Positions 63,059 through 64,000 of a stretch of 64,000 nt of DNA are shown here, in pieces (position 1 is the stretch's first letter; each line of letters opens with the position of its first letter). Position numbers and translations under genes: made by a program. Under the pieces are notes generated by a model. The model had not been told where the DNA came from and made no database searches. It worked only from the letters and a program-made list of their open reading frames with translations. Origin of the DNA: a virus (Duplodnaviria > Heunggongvirae > Uroviricota > Caudoviricetes); the IMG/VR virus record IMGVR_UViG_3300031998_000043. One strand, written 5' to 3'.

Positions 63059-63898
63059 ATGATTAGAGAAAAGCTTGTCAATCCTCTGGATCTAAGCGGA
63101 TTCTTTGAGGGTATTGTTGTAAAGAATGATGATCCTAAGAAACAAGGGAGAGTCGGTGTATCCATTAAGAAGCTAATGCCGTTTACTGGTACATACAAAA
63201 AAGAAAATACAAACCAAGAGACGGTTATTCCAAATCTTAATAAGGATTCTAATAACAATCTCGCCGGTACTAAGATGGTGTTGGAATCTGTTAACTATCT
63301 TTGGTGTAATAGAGCATCCAACAGATTTGAGTATGCAGATGAAACTACAAACAAGAAAGCCGAGACTGGAAGTTTTATTATTCCACCTATCGGTGCATAT
63401 GTCTTTGTAATCTTTTTGAATAACGATATCAGAACGCCGTACTATCTCCCATTCGGCCCTGCTGTAGAAGGAAATGAAAAGCTTATCAATGGTAGTGGCG
63501 ATGGTGATATCAATACTGATCTTATCCATCAGACTATCAATCAAGACATTGTAGGATTTGATAATGATAAACAAGAATTCTATGTGCAGATGAGTGATAA
63601 AAGTGGTTTACTAGTAAATGTTAAAGACAAACACATTCTTATCAATACTGAAAGCGAGTCTGCGAAGATTGATCTAAAGGATGACAAAATAACAGTTGTT
63701 GCCAATACTGTAAAAGTTCAGGCTTCAGATGTAACTGTCGAAGCTAGTTCTAGTATAACGTTTGATTCAAAAGGAACTATTACTATCAAGACACCCGATT
63801 CTACAACTTGGGCTCCAAATATCATTCAAATGTGTCCGATTGGTAATTTCATGCATGGTGGAACTCCAGCTGGAATCATTAACCTCAAAGGATCGTAA
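63059..63898 (+). CDS. baseplate spike / gpV (gp5 OB-fold)-like protein
   Basis: N-terminal GFFEGIVVKNDDPKKQGRVGVSI resembles the gpV/gp5 OB-fold motif; RBS GAAAGGAGTATAT-ATG; lies directly downstream of the sheath gene. Confidence 0.45.
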   Translation: MIREKLVNPLDLSGFFEGIVVKNDDPKKQGRVGVSIKKLMPFTGTYKKENTNQETVIPNLNKDSNNNLAGTKMVLESVNYLWCNRASNRFEYADETTNKKAETGSFIIPPIGAYVFVIFLNNDIRTPYYLPFGPAVEGNEKLINGSGDGDINTDLIHQTINQDIVGFDNDKQEFYVQMSDKSGLLVNVKDKHILINTESESAKIDLKDDKITVVANTVKVQASDVTVEASSSITFDSKGTITIKTPDSTTWAPNIIQMCPIGNFMHGGTPAGIINLKGS

Positions 63899-63972
63899 TT
63901 ATAACCTAGGTACTGCACAAGTACCTAGATTTTTTATCTGGAACTTCATAATGAATTCATAGGAGCTGAATA

Positions 63973-64000
63973 ATGTTTTTGAATGATAAAGAGAAGCGTG
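63973..64000 (+). CDS. 5' end of the next gene, truncated at the window edge
   Basis: RBS ATAGGAGCTGAATA-ATG; MFLNDKEKR... Confidence 0.35.

Overview
This 64 kb window appears to come from a large, AT-rich tailed phage genome, most likely a jumbo myovirus. The genome type is an inference from gene content and was not confirmed by any search.

Coding density is very high. Nearly every gene has a strong Shine-Dalgarno site (AGGAG or GGAGG), and many gene pairs overlap at ATGA, TAATG or TGATG junctions. Almost every transcription unit ends in a clean rho-independent terminator hairpin followed by a T-run. The strong Shine-Dalgarno usage, the low GC content and the SpoVG and flotillin homologues suggest a Firmicutes-type host. 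That host call is also an inference.

Genes I can recognise:
- a giant tail sheath protein of 1432 aa, with an N-terminus resembling T4 gp18
- a gpV or gp5-like baseplate spike
- a large terminase subunit
- the N-terminal half of a family B DNA polymerase (exonuclease motifs I to III and polymerase motif A), ending right after motif A at a terminator
- a RusA Holliday-junction resolvase
- a lambda-phosphatase-like Ser/Thr phosphatase
- a SpoVG homologue
- a NadE-like PP-loop protein with a degenerate PP-loop motif
- a Stealth-family (CR1 to CR4) hexose-1-phosphotransferase
- a small ABC-type ATPase
- a five-fold helix-turn-helix (HTH) repeat protein
- a DUF2829/Tad2-like mini-protein immediately followed by a codon-optimised flotillin (SPFH) homologue
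- several GC-enriched structural genes that look highly expressed

The most striking feature is at 7.9 to 14.3 kb. Sixteen tandem paralogous small genes, P1 to P16 (about 100 to 220 aa; one is a fused double-motif member), sit between a terminator plus promoter-like element at 7.8 kb and a terminator at 14.35 kb. Their sequences are hypervariable except for an N-terminal A-x-G-F/Y motif and a C-terminal amphipathic helix of the form 'phi-x-x-R/K-phi-I-G-x-phi-E-x-x-I-E'. Most are translationally coupled. I read this as a diversified arsenal, an undescribed family of host-takeover, anti-defence or packaged proteins sharing a common docking helix.

A second notable architecture lies between 20.5 and 33.7 kb. 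More than 15 moron-like cassettes each consist of a terminator hairpin, a reiterated promoter-like motif 'TTTTTTGTATATTAA' about 30 to 45 nt upstream of the start, a Shine-Dalgarno site, and one to four small genes. Three of the terminators are almost identical copies (AGGTCTACC-TNNN-GGTAGGCCTTTCTTTTTT).

The window also contains a 1.2 kb tandem gene duplication at 43.2 to 45.6 kb. The two copies share a conserved upstream element containing the palindromes GGTCGCGACC and AAACGTTT.

I found no rRNA, tRNA, CRISPR array, integrase or transposase.
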